From assembly GCF_000143415.4 (NCBI RefSeq), contig NW_003314310.1:134461-188003 (forward strand): a DNA stretch of 53,543 bases. The letters are read 5' to 3'. Both the position numbers and the translations under genes were made by a program. This document shows positions 21,324 through 34,791 of the stretch, piece by piece (the stretch's first letter is position 1; every line of letters begins with the position of its first letter). The notes below the pieces were generated by a model. It saw only the letters and a list, made by a program, of their open reading frames with translations. It had not been told where the DNA came from and did not search any database. This DNA comes from Selaginella moellendorffii. Lineage: Eukaryota; Plantae; Lycopodiophyta.

Positions 21324-23160
21324 GAATGCAGTGATTATGAAAGTGAATAGGGTAATGATTTGTGAATGGATGTGTTCCTTAAAGTGATAAAGACAAAAAC
21401 CTGGGAACCAAGGGGAAAGGCCAAAAGATGAACGAGCTCCTGGATGAGTGGAGTTAAGGCCACCTTGAGGCTGGAACCCAAGCTTGAGCTTGTGTCAGAA
21501 AGAGCATATAGGCCTTGAATGGTGGATTCAAGTCCCGTAGAAGAACCAACTGTCCCAGTGCGAACTCATCATCTAGCTTGGCACAGTCCTTTTGGGCTTT
21601 GAGTTTGCATTTTGCAGCCTGGAGGTGATCAATGGCTGCCTGTCCTTGTTCATCCAAGGTGATGATGTCCCAGGCTTGAGCCTGTAACTTCTCATCTGCT
21701 GTAAGTCATGTGTCTACATCGTGTCGAAGTGAAAGTGATAGTGATGGAACTGTGAGCTCCAGGGGAAGGATGGCCTCTATGCCATAAACCAAAGAGAAAG
21801 GAGTGGCTGAGATGGAAGACTTGAAGGATGTCCTGAAAGCCCAGAGTGCAGTTGCCAAGTGGTCGTGCCCTTTGTGAGGATGATCGGCGATCAGCTTGCC
21901 AAGGATGGACTTTAAGATCTTATTGGAGGATTCTGCCTAGCCGTTTGCTTGAGAGAAATGGCTGCTACTCAGAGTGTGTTGAACGTCCAGCCTTTCCATG
22001 AGGTGCTCAACCACTCAGCTAAAAAATGCTCCTCCATGATCGGAGATGAAGACTACTGGGATGCCAAATCTGCAAATGGTTGATTCATAGAGGAACTTTA
22101 CCATGGAAAGTTGATCTGCATGTCGATCTGTATCTTAGAATGCAGTGATTATGAAAGTGAATAGAGTGATGATTTATGAATGTAAGTGGATAGAAATGAA
22201 GAGGAGGATGTGTTCCTGAAAGTGATAAAGACAAGAACTTGGGAACCAAGGGGAAAGGCCAGAAGATGAAAAAACTCCTGGACGAGTGGAGTTAAGGCCA
22301 CTTTGAGGCTGGAACCCAAGCTTGAGCTTGTGTCGGCAAGAGCATATGGGCTGGTAGGACATGAGATACAAGTGAAAATAACAAAGAAAAGAAAAGAAAG
22401 TGAAAAGAAAGGAAAGAGGTCACCGGATGTTGAGGTGGCTATGGTTATAAGCATGGGGAAGCTCATGACCATCCTCATCAACCAAGGTGTAAGAACTGTG
22501 ACCAAGACACTGCTGGATGAAGAATGGTGCCTGCCACTTTAGAGAGAACTTGAATGGTGGATTAAAGTCACGTAGAAGAACCAGCTGTCCCGATGGCAAC
22601 TCACCATCTAGCTTGGCACGGTCCTTTTGGGCTTTGAGTTTGCATTTTGCAGCCTGGAGGTGATCAGCAGCTGCCTGTCATTGTTCATCCAAGGTGATGA
22701 TGTCCCAGGCCCGAGCCTGTAACTTCTCATCTGCTGTAAGTCGTGTGTCTACATTGTGTCAAAGTGAAAGTAACAGTGATGGAACTGTGAACTCCACTGG
22801 AAGGACGGCCTCTATGCCATAAACCAAAGAGAAAGGAGTGGCTGAGATGGAAGACTTGAAGGATGTCCTGAAAGCCCAAAGTGCAGTTGCCAAGTGGTCG
22901 TGCCCTTTGCGAGGAGGATCAGCGATCAGCTTGCCAAGGATGGATTTAAGATCTTGTTGGAGGATTCTGCCTGGCCATTTTCTTGAGAGAAATGGCTGCT
23001 ACTCAGAGTGTGTTGAATGTCCAGCCTTTTCATGAGATGCTCAACCACTTGGCTCAAAAATGCTCCTCCATGATTGGAGATGAAGACTGCTAGGATGCCA
23101 AATTTGCAAATGATTGATTCATAGAGGAACTTTGCCATGGAAAGTTGATCTGCATGTCGA
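21324..23160 (-). repeat. Tandem duplication of the B integrase C-terminus and 3' flank (21324-22126 and 22138-23160)
   Basis: Both copies start gaatgcagtgattatgaaagtgaatag and end gttgatctgcatgtcga. The first copy has internal deletions. Filler tctgtatctta lies between them. Confidence 0.85.
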
Positions 23161-23198
23161 AGAGGAACTATTTCAACCCACTTTGTGAAGTAATCAGT

Positions 23199-24356
23199 TG
23201 TAGCGCACGTGGTTTTGACCCTTTATCCTATGGTGATTTACCATAGGATAACACCACGAAGCGGAACCTAAACCCTTTTTGTGCCACGTGACAGATGCCA
23301 CGTGTCACATACCACGTGTCCAAAGGACAGTGGTGTGGAACCCGAGGTTCAAGGCATTGGGCCACTGAATGAAGGAACGGTGCCAAACTCCCAAGTATGG
23401 AGCCAAGGAGTGATGGAACCGGACCACAGAGCAACTCCCGAGCATACAACCCAAAGAGCGAAAGGACAGGAGGCCAGAGCGACTTGGAATAGTCCTGGAG
23501 CAATCAACATCCTAATGCTAGGACCAGCATGCAAAATGGAGCCAAATGGAGTCTGGCGCTGTTTCAGCATACCAGTGGCCTAACGTGAGGACATGGGTAC
23601 TCCCCAGCTAGCATGGAATGGAACTTGGGCTTAGACCCAAGCCGGATGCAGAACAAGGATAGGCATGCAAGTGGGAGCTAAACTATGCCTCAGGTTGGTC
23701 ACCCATGCCCGACCTACCTACTATCCCTACTATACATTTGGAATCCCCCACAGCCCCCCCCCCCCCCCCCCTCCCCCTTGAGGAACACACGCTTTGGACT
23801 TTCACCCCAAGCCTCCCTTAGTATCAGGAGTTAGTCTCTAGGACAAGCTCGAAACTTACTAAATATGGAATGACGCTAGATTGCAAATTTGGACACAGGA
23901 TGAACACCATTGTGTTCAGGCTAATCTTTATATTCTGTAGATATGCCAAATAAGCAAATCTAGACACTTTCCATAAATAGCATTTGGGACCGAAATGAGA
24001 CTAACACAAAGGGCATGATAGCGAAGGTGTTTGGCAGACACAGTAAACTATCATTTAGCGATATTGAGGGACCAATCTCAATACGCAAGGGTTCTTGTCA
24101 AGCCAGTGCAAGACAAAGCAAAAGAGAACTAAAAAGCTAGGCCAAGTATGCTTGGCTAAATAGAGATTTAGGAATTCTATCCTTATGCTCATCCGGCCAA
24201 GTACAGATGCAAAGTCCAGTTTGCTAACACTTGAACAAGAGGGACTAATAAAGGGTCTAGCAATACCAACCTTCTGCCATCGTGGCAGTAAAGAAAGAGT
24301 GTCCATAAGGATTAGCTGACAGGTAACTTTCAATACTCGAAGTCACATTCGCGACA
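23199..24356 (-). repeat. 3' LTR of C
   Basis: Direct repeat of 29357-30502, with the PPT adjacent. Confidence 0.95.
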
Positions 24357-27300
24357 CTCTCCCCCCCTTGTGAAGATCGACGTCCTCGTCGATGCATACT
24401 CGAGTCTAGAATACCGCCAAGGAAACAACTCCAGAAAAAGTTCATGGTATTCACACTATGTGAAAAATGCACTAACTTAAATGAGTTAGGAGGCAACCTC
24501 TTTGTCTAACGCGGATGCGCTACCAGCTCAGACACCTTCTGGCCGTCGCCGACAAGGAAATGACCAACGGAATTAGCCACCCTTGCTGCTCTGGGAGTCA
24601 CCTAGCTTACAAAAGTGTGATATGCCCCTGCCCACAAGGACATAGAGAGAGAAGCCAGAGGCCCCAACCCTCATAAGCAAAAAAACCAAACCCATCGGTA
24701 AGGTTTAGATAGACTACTGTAAACAGGCAGTTAGAGTTGTTTACACGGTCATGCCCTTTGAATGGAATAAGGAACATTGACAGAGAGGTGGGTGATATGA
24801 CTAGTCGACAGTAACTACCCCATGACTAAAGATTTCACTATGCACACGAAGTGCCGAAGCTAGTCTGCCCATTACTGGCCCAAACTCAAAGATCAATAGA
24901 TGGACAATATCAAAGTCAGAGACAATGATATCTTAGAGACTTAAGTATCTGTGAGTAAATCTTAGATTAGAACACAAAAGTATTCCAAGTAAGTTATCAT
25001 CTGATAAACTAGTATTATAAGATAGGAACCACCAAGATCATCATGTTTGGAAAACATAGGAGTCACCATCCAACAAAATTCAATAGCAAGTATATCATCA
25101 AGGAAACTCAATGATGAAACTTCACTATCGAAGATGGCAGATAGTATGCCAAACAACTTACTAAAGATAACTCAAAGAACACAAAGTATTATTGACTGGC
25201 AAGCAAAATGCTTGCGAATGTATCTTCCAAAGGAAATAACATCCCAATCTATCAAATCTAACTCAAGCAATAATCAACAAAACAGAATGAATGCGGTAAA
25301 ACCAGCAAACACCCATTCATGCCAACTATCACAGAAGCCAATCTGAATAGATCCCGGTCAACAATACTAAGGAACTAGAGTTGCAAGTGTCAGCAACATC
25401 CTACTGATGTCTCAAACCCAAAAGACCAATCCAGAGCAAACCACAAAAAACATGTGGTATTGCGAAAAGCCAAAAGCTATCAAAGAGAACAACTAACTAT
25501 CATGAAAGACCATTAATCATCCCATCAATAAAAGATATGCATAATCATCATCAACGAAGGAATCCACCATCTCGAAAAACAGCAAATCATTTTATATCAA
25601 CAACAATCAAGCAAAACTTTTTGACAAGGATAATCAAGTATCCTAGATGATAGTCAATCGTCACTAATGATTGCCAGATGCATAAGCCAACTTCAACATT
25701 GAAGCTAATAAGCCAAAATGCCTTTCCCAACAACTTCAAACAAATGGACCACGAGCATGATAACTTAAGGAACCAAAAGCTCGAAAAAGTCTATAGCTAA
25801 GTTTTGCCTAACAATGATCACAAGTCTTGCATGAACGAATTTCAATGCTAAAGAAGAAATCATGGTACAACCCACAATATTCTCCTCAACACATCCATAA
25901 GCCAAACTTCATAATGCTAAAGCTAATGAAGAGTATATTTGCATCAATCCAAAAGCTAAGCATAATGAAACTATGCTCAACAAGTGACCACCAAACAATC
26001 TTCCATAAATCCATGTACAGCAAGGCATAACTCACTTCATAACAAGCACAAAAAGAATCATCAATAATTGATATATCTCAATTCAAATCCAACAAGGATT
26101 CAAACATTCAAATATCGATCACTAACTCTTCCACTTGTAAGGTTAGTATCGTCCACGATTGAATCACTTTTCAAGGAAAAGCTAAAGCTCAACCCTCTAC
26201 TAAATAATCTTATTTAGAACACAACTAACTCAAACTTGCCACTCAGTTCATTTGAACGTCAACACAGTTGCTAACTAGCAAATGCACGAATGCCAATAAC
26301 ACAAAGCCATAGCCCCAAATCATCAACACTATTTTTATCAAGACTAATGAAACTCAATATCAATCCTAAGGATAGACATCTCATCTCACTTGAATCTCAA
26401 CATCAATAATATCAATGACAAGGCATAACTTCAATGCCATCAGCACCAAATAAAGCTAGAAGAAAGCCAGAGTGAATTACCATCCAAACTCTCTAGCAAT
26501 TAAGCTAACCAAAGTCGAAGATACTTTAGTCAGTATCCAAGACTAATCCTTCAGCAAAACTCAGTTACAGATAACACTTCCTCAAGGAGTGAATCACCAT
26601 ATCAAAGACTCTATGAAATCCAACACTACAGACTAAACATAACCAAATGTCATTGACAAAGGAATCAATATGCCAACATGGAAAATTCATATAAGTCTAA
26701 CGACACGATCCTCCGCAACACCATCCGGTAAAGCAAGCCCATCACTACTAAATCATTATCAAGTGAAGCAAGTGTCAAACAGTCCTCGACAAAGTCTACA
26801 AGCAATCACTAGTTGCAAAGCAACTAATAATCAATTTTTCAACTTGCCTTCACAAGACCCAAACACTAAACTCACATCATCGAGTTATACACTTGTCCAA
26901 CATAAACGTGATACCTCAGGTACGAGATAAAGGTTCATAGACAAGCACAAACTAAATGACTACTCGAATCCAACTCAACCGCAATAAACTCACTAATGCA
27001 TTTAGCCAATAGCTCTGAGCATGCCTTGAAGAGGCTAGCTATGCATGATCAACACTCAGTTGGAACCAAAGTGAAGACCATAAGATGGACTCATATCGAT
27101 ACACAACCTCCACTTAGACAAAGCTATAGTACGGGTACCAACATCTCAACTGCAAATAACGAAGTTGGACATCACCATCCTCAGCCAAGATGCAGGGCCA
27201 CTAAGGCCAAGTCAAGATCAGTGAGAGCTCACTACTCTCATAGAGTCTTAACAAAATGCAAGGTGCAACCTACCACCATGCATAATACTATAGAAGAAAG

Positions 27301-29356
27301 GCATAAGAGTCACCCTTCTTAGAAAAGTGCAATGGCCACTTTTCTACACCAACTCTAGACTCTATCCAACTTAATTGCATTAGCCCCAAAAGTTAATATC
27401 CCTTTCGGGTTGTATTATACAAATTACCTACTAAAGTTTAAGCCAACCAAAGTCAACTCCAACCTTTTCACTAGTTTGTATTGACTTACAAAAACAGAAT
27501 GGTTTTTGAGCAAGATGATCAACAGATCAGCCATTGGAAAAATCTAAGAAAATTTGTGGAAAAAATTTTCCATCCTAGAGAAAGAATGACTCTCAGTCCA
27601 GGAATACAAACTTTCAAGACTCAACCAACTTCTTTCTACTAACAATTTCACATAAGTTTACCTCAACACCAATTCTCATAATCCAACAGTATGCTTAAGC
27701 ATCGAACATCTTTTTGCCCATACTTTCGACATTCAACACCGACATCCATAAAATGCAAAATGAACATCCAAGGCTTGATCACGAAGACCACATCTTCGGA
27801 TATCCACATTGCACTAACACTCTTCTTCATTCACCTTCAAGATCCAATGTGAAGCCAAAACACTAACAAGAAAAATGACATGGAAAATCAAGCTCTAAGG
27901 AAAATTCCTCATCACTTGAACAACAATGCCACTTTCACTAACACAAGTGCTAGCAAAGTCAATGCTTCAACTACACAATTTCTCCATCCAATAATTTACT
28001 CCAAGTGTTAACAGATCAACTGACAAGCCATAGCAAGTGAATGCTAAAACCCTTTTCCAACACCTCATGGGCAAACTCTTATGGAAACAAGGTACCAACT
28101 TAAGCTTAGCATATCATAGATCATTATTGAGAATCCAGTTAAAGCTACTACAACGCTACTATGTGCAAGTACACTAGCTTCACCATCAACCACTTTGGGG
28201 TTGATCATTATTTAACCAAGCAACTTCGTAAACACATTTCTCATTATCATATGGATATGATATAAAATCATAATGACTTGATCATCAATTGAGTAACACT
28301 ACGAGCAATGCCAATGTCATTACTTTAAAGTGTTTATGTGAGCATCAATTCGACAAAATGCAACATAAATGCCACACTCCACCAATAGAGACTTACAACA
28401 CTGAACACTACTAACTTTTGTTCACAACACAGATAAGCCCATGCTGCTCTCTTTCTGACCAAACTCAAAACTAATCTAACACAAAACTACTCAAGGAGCA
28501 ATAGCAAAGTTCCCCGGAAAAGAATTGAGCATTGCAACCCAAGTCTTCCAATAGCAAGTCTAGACAAAATAGTTTAGCGCTTCACTACTATCCATCCCAC
28601 AACTCACCATTTGTAAGACCATCATCTCCAAGATGTGTCAAGGTAGAGATTCTTGATTGCACAATGTGAATACAAACAATGAGTTAACACCTTGTTGCAA
28701 ACCATCTCTCTAAGAAGAGAAAATGATTTACATGTTTGATCCTTCGTCCCTGACGACTCTCTTTTCAGTCTCATCTTTGACTAAACCTTAAGCTTGCATT
28801 CGCACTACCTTCAGTCTAATCTAAGAAAAGTTTATGAGAGAGCACGGTAATAACTACTCGAACCAATAAACTAATCCCTACAGTCTTGATTGATCCACTT
28901 GTATTCATACCTAGGAAGGATCCACTAGTGCCATGCTAAACAGCTATGGACCAGCCTATTTGCCACTCATAGCAAACCCAGGGTAGATTTACTTTCACCC
29001 ATGATACATGGAACAACTCATGGAACCACTAGAATAACTCATGGAACCATCGATAGGCTAACATTAATCCTGCCAACTCAAAGTGTAACCTCGAGTTGCT
29101 AATGTGCCTCACTCATGAGCCCAAGTGTAAACTCGTGTAAACGGAACAACTCAATCCCTTTTATGAGCCCAAGAGCAAGCTCACATTATCATGGTACAAA
29201 AAGGTAACAAAAACCATACCCAAGGTACCAATGCGAAGTCTTTGCACCCAAACGTGTACCCACTCAGATCATCGTTTTCATCTCTACGTATGCAACGAGA
29301 CTAGTTGCCCAATCTCATTGGATAGTACTCGCTGAGACGTAACCTTTGATACCAAA

Positions 29357-30502
29357 TGTAGCGCACGTGGTTTTGACCCTTTATCCTATGGTGATTTACC
29401 ATAGGATAACACCACGAATCGGAACCTAAACCCTTTTTGTGCCACGTGACAGATGCCATGTGTCACATGCCACGTGTCCAAAGGACAGTGGTGTGGAACC
29501 TGAGGTTTAGGGCCTTGGGCCACTGAACGAAGGAACGGTGCCAAACTCCTAAGCATGGAGTCAAGGAGTGATGGAACTGGACCACAAAGCAACTCTCAAG
29601 CATACAGCCCAAAGAGCGAAGGGACAGGAGCCCGGAGCGACTTGGAATAGTCCTGGAGCAATCAGCATCCTAATGCCAGGACCAGCATGCAAAATGGAGC
29701 CAAATGGAGTCTGGCGCTATTTCAGCATATCAGTGGCCTAACATGAGGACATGGGTACTCCATCAGCTAGCATGGAATGGAACTTGGGCTTAGACCCAAG
29801 CCAGATGCAGAACAAGGACAAGCACACAAGTAGGAGCTAGACTATGCCTCAGGTTGGTCGGCCATGCCCAACCTACCCACTATCCCTACTATACATTTGG
29901 AACCCCCCACAGTCCTCCTCCCCCTTGAGGAACACATGCTTTGGGCTTTCACCCCAAGCCTCCCTTAGTATCAGGAGTTAGTCTCTGGGACAAGCTTGAA
30001 ACTTACTAAATATGGAATGGTGCTAGATTGCAAATTTAGACACAGGATGAACACCATTGTGTTTAGACCAATCTCTACATTCTGTAGATATGCCAAATAA
30101 GCAAATCTAGACACTTTCCATAAATAGCATTTAGGACCGAAATAAGACTAACACAAAGGGCATGATAGCGAGGTGTTTGGCAGACATGGTAAGCTATCAT
30201 CTAGTGATATTGAGGGACCAATCTCAATACGCGAGGGTTCTTGTCAAGCCAGTGCAAGACAGAGCAAAAGAGAACTAAAAAGCCGGGCCAAGTATGCTTG
30301 GGTAAATAGACATTTAGGAATTCCGTCCTTATGCTCATCCGGCCAAGTACAGATGCAAAGTCTAGTTTACTAACACTTGAACAAGAGGGACTAATAAAGG
30401 GTTCAGCAATACAGACCTCCTGCCATCGTGGCAGTAAGGAAAGAGTGTCTGTAAGGATTAGCCGACAGGTAACTTTTGATACCCGAAGTCACATTCGCGA
30501 CA
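29357..30502 (-). repeat. 5' LTR of C
   Basis: PBS adjacent. Confidence 0.95.
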
Positions 30503-30529
30503 TCAGTGGCCACGAGGAGATATCGATGA

Positions 30530-31410
30530 CTATAAACCATATTATAGTGGTAGAGCATGTTGGCACGCTACCATTCTCTAGTATGAAATTGCCTTTTAAT
30601 CTTGGAAATATAGATAAAGTTGATTCTTTGATGTGATATTACTTTTGAGTCTTTCGAAAGATTTCAATTTCTTTTATTATCATTCACAAACAACTCCCAA
30701 AAACTTTTAGTGAGGATTCACTACAAAAATACATCTTGGTCTTATCATATGAGAGGACTGTGATATAGGCAAGCAATAGAGTTTTTAGTATGAATTAATA
30801 TGTAAATTATAAATGTCATAGAATGGTCTATGGAGTAGATTTCTTGGTGCTTTCCAACATTCTGTTTATTTCTTCATTTCTCTTGCTCTGAACTATTGTT
30901 TCAGAAGTAACAGGACCATTTTTATCAATCATGATAGTTGTTTCTACATTCCTAGATGGGTAATAAAGACTAGAAGTGTAATATAGAGATTGTGGTAATG
31001 AAATAAAATTAGCATTCTCACATTCTTTTGCATTACAGCTTTTATTCATAGATCTTGTATTTTCCTTGCTTCCTATCTTCTCAAAAACCCTAAAAAAATC
31101 TTTTGAATGAAGGAATAATATCTACAGCTGTAAAAGTATTCAAAATATTAAGTAGTCAAATAAAAATATGACAACTGTAACAATAGTCATAATAAAATAA
31201 TATAACTTTATAAAAGATAGGTTCTCGTGAACTTTGTGTTTTTTAAACAATTCAATCTTATAGAAACTTTTAACTCAAATATTTACATATTTAAATATTT
31301 TAAAGTTTGTTAGAACCTTCATTTGTTCAATTTAAATTTCCTTTGTAAGACTTCTAGTTGATTGTGTTGACTTGAGTTGACTTGTGTTGAATTGAGCTCA
31401 ACTCAACTAT
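30530..31410. other. AT-rich foreign segment replacing PR-RT-RH of element B
   Basis: Lies between the B integrase and B gag. Ends in gttga repeats and the near-palindrome gttgaattgagctcaactcaac. Confidence 0.5.
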
Positions 31411-32060
31411 AGACCATCCCCACTTTAGCTCTTGTACAAAGGCAGCAACCATGGTTGTCTCTATAAAGTCTGGGATTTGAGTGAGGTATAGCTTCTAGTG
31501 TTGCTTGAACCACCAGATATACTCGACAACATACTTATGTAGTGCTTGCTGAAAAGAAAAAAGCTTGGTGTAGAGTTATTAGAGATCCTTCTCCTGTCTA
31601 AACATCTTGAGGAAGAGCCTCTTCACCTCTATATATCGTTCCTACTCTATATCCAAGAGTGACTTTGCCCAAAGTTGGGCTTGTCCATGCACCGATTGAA
31701 GGAAGTGGTTGCACCTACCCGCATCCACCGTGATTCCATTTGAGTCACAAAAGACTTCAAATTCTACTATATGGCTCCATGTTAATGAAGCTTGTGAAGA
31801 GAGGTAAATCCATACTATACTGTAGGATATGGACTGGATTAACTATCTCTACTGGCTGTTGTAAATCTCCAAACAAGGTATCTACTGAATCTAGTGAATC
31901 CTCCTCGTCCAAGATGAATTGGTGGAAATCAAGCTCTTGTCTTAAAAGTGAAAATTTGCCTTTAAGAGTGCAAACTGGTGCTTTCCAGATGGATCCTCTA
32001 GATGATTGTGAATGTGTTGTCACTAGCAAAAAATGTTTAAATCACTGCAAATGCCCAAAC
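31410..32060 (-). pseudogene. gag: gag remnant of B
   Basis: Minus strand LFLKMFRQEK...KLFSFQQALHKYVVEYI..F...MVAAFVQEL resembles the A1 gag. Confidence 0.55.
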
Positions 32061-33321
32061 CTGGTAAACGCTACAAAGTGATGCACCCAATCTAGCAAGT
32101 TGAATCATCCCCATATACCCTATACAAAACTCACAACAAAAATAAATGGCCGTGAACATCACAAACACTAAAAATAAATCTCCAAAAGGTATCTCCAAAA
32201 AAAACAAGTGTTGTGCTTTTCTACTAAGAACTCCTGCTATGATGGTAGATGGAATCATCTGGAAAGTGGCTTGATGTCAGCATAAGAAGCCAAGCCGTCC
32301 TCCTCATGCAAAAGATTTGCAAAAACTGAGTGCAAGATGGGAGAAAAACTCTCAAGAACAATGATCACGCTCAAACAAGGATGAAAGTTAGTGAAAAATG
32401 GCAAAATTTCATGGGATTAAACACCAGACAATATGATTCAACTTGGGAATGATAGATCACAAAAAGATCTATAATCCTAATGCAAGAGATTGTGAGAAAG
32501 ACAAAAACTTGGTGTATTAGAGAAGCATGCAACTTTGTTTGTCATACAGCATTAGAGAAAATGACTCTGATCTAGCATAAAACTCCATGCAAATATTGAA
32601 GTCATGACTCAAAAGAAAGAGTAGAGTAAGCTGCACATAATGCAACAAACGGCAGTGAAAATGAACTTCAAACGCTCAAGAAATTGGTGCTAAAATATTG
32701 CCATGGCATGAAAAAGAAAACAACTAAAGTGTGATTGGCAAAAAACAATAGAAATGCACAAATGGAAAGAGTTCTCACCATGCAAAACTTCCACACCAAA
32801 TCATGTTCGCACGCTGAAAGAAAAATGCATGTATGTTGTGGCTCCTAGTGAATTGGCTTCTAAGAAACCACTCACCAGATAGCTCTTAGCAAGATCTAGG
32901 AGCCCATCAAACAAATTGGTACAATCTCTCCCCAAGATTCGAGCTTAGAGTGAAAGAAGATGCACATAGGAAGAGGGATCAAAACCAAAAGAAAAAATGG
33001 CAAGAACTCCTTCACCCTTCCACCAAATCACCAACGCTTATACTTGTTAGAAAGAGGAGATCGAGATCTACATACTCAAAGAAAGAGCACCTCAAATGGA
33101 TCAAAGAAAAGGAATAAAATTCAACTGGAATCTCATGTTGCCCACTATAGCTTTGAAAATATGAAATCTCACTCCCACACTTAGAAATCTTTCCATGGGG
33201 GTAATTCCTACTGTGCCTAGCCTATCCCTCTCCAGGATCACCACTTTAAATCCTTTGGATCCTCTCTGTCAATCAAGAAATGCTCCAAAAAGCAAGAAGG
33301 CAAGTCATGCCAAATTCACCA

Positions 33322-33612
33322 TGTTGAGGTGTGGCACCTTAATCCTCCTCCTCTCTGTGGCTTTGCTCATGTCCTAAACTCTCTCTCTCTCCATGCTCTA
33401 GCTCAGGACATAAAGTGTAGAACTCTTGATATTTTGCCCTCGTGGGGCTTTTATACAACCATTTAAAATGTTCCAAGAATTGGAATATTTTCTCTCTCTC
33501 TCTCAAGATGACAATTGCAACCAGGGTGTAAGAGTCAGCTAGGGAGTAGGAGTCAAAAGATTCGGAGTAAGAGTAGGAGTAGGAGTGGGAGTATATGGCT
33601 ACAGTTGCTACA
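33322..33612 (-). repeat. 5' LTR of B
   Basis: Immediately followed on the minus strand by the TGG-starting PBS. Confidence 0.8.
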
Positions 33613-34105
33613 GGAGTAGGTGCAGGAGCAAGAGCAAGATCAAGAGCAAGAGCAGGATTAGAAGCAAGAGCAAGAGCAAGAGTTGCTGGAGTAAGTGGTG
33701 GAGTAGGAGTGAGAGCAAGGGGTTACTAATTACCAATTACCACAAGTTTTCAATGGTTACTTTAACCTTGAGAGTTAGTGGCTATATATGTTTTAAAGTG
33801 TGTTCTAGGATGTTGAAAGAGTTACACTAAAACACATTTATTAACTGGCCTATATCTCCTTCCATTTTCAAGCTTGTTTATCTTTGTCATGGGCATTTTG
33901 GGAAACTTTGAGCAACTTATGGACAAAGTAAAAGGTTCTAGGCCATTTATTTTGGCTAAGGATTCTTCTTTCTATGCTTTGAAGAAGTCTACTGTCTTAT
34001 TGCTCTTGTTGATCTTAGGGCATTTGTAGTGTTTAGGGTATTTGATGTTAGTACAGACTAGATGTGTGGCAAATTAGTGCCTTTTTACCATACCTCAAGG
34101 CCCTA

Positions 34106-34791
34106 GAGCAAACTGGACCAGCCAGATGTCAATCAACATGTGGTGTCATTCCCTTAGCCAACCAACAGAGTCAGACTCGAGACCGCTCTGATACCAAATG
34201 TAAGCTCCTGAGTTTAGACTTCCCGGGAGGTCACTCAGCCCAGTACTATTCAAACCCAAGGACGTTTAACCCCGAATATCCCAAGACCCTTAACCGATTG
34301 GAAAAGGGGGTGCACTCTTATTCATGGGCCCTTTCCCTCTATATTTGAACCCCATGGACCGTCTCTCGAGTCGTTCCCTTTGGTTGCTTACAATCCACCA
34401 CGCTTCCCTGCAAGTTCACACCCTAGTGAACGGAAGCTAAGAGCCGCAGCTCTCCCGAGAGCCCCGCTCTCTTGACACCCTACCACTCGGGTCGAGCCCA
34501 GTGGGAGCAAATTGGACCAGCCAGATGTCAATCAACATGTGGTGTCATTCCCCTAGCCAACCAACAGAGTCGAACTCGAGACCGCTCCGATACCAAATGT
34601 AAGCTCCTGAGTTTAGACTTCCTGGGAGGTCACTCAGCCCAGTATTATTCAAACCCAAGGACACTTAACCCCGAATATCCCAAGACCCTTAACTGATTGG
34701 AAAAGGGGGTGCACTCTTATTCATGGGCCCTTTCCCTCTATATTTGAACCCCATGGACCGTCTCTCGAGTCGTTCTCTTTGGTTGCTTACA
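34106..34791 (-). mobile_element. Cassandra TRIM, inverted part: LTR 34598-34791, internal, LTR 34199-34392, half internal
   Basis: 194-bp TG...CA LTRs containing the 5S rRNA-like core gttaaacgtccttgggtttgaatagtactgggctgagtgacctcccgggaagtc. PBS tggtatcagagc (34185-34196), second copy at about 34584-34595. 399-bp period. Confidence 0.92.

Larger units (their letters stand above)
23199..30502 (-). mobile_element. Element C: non-autonomous LTR retrotransposon (LARD-like), 1.15-kb LTRs, 5-kb apparently non-coding interior
   Basis: LTRs 23199-24356 and 29357-30502 (TG...CA). Perfect TSD TCAGT (23194-23198 and 30503-30507). PBS tggtatcaaagg 29343-29354. PPT aagggggggagag 24357-24369. No gag/pol motif in the ORF track. 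Confidence 0.93.
19863..33612 (-). mobile_element. Element B: internally deleted Tat-like element inserted antisense in the A3 5' UTR
   Basis: LTRs 19863-20151 and 33322-33612 (about 290 bp, TG...CA). PBS tggtgaatttggcatgac 33304-33321. gag remnant about 31410-32060. Integrase HRYLLVATDYFTKWVE is split by C. TSD ambiguous (gaagt/ggagt within a simple repeat). Confidence 0.8.
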
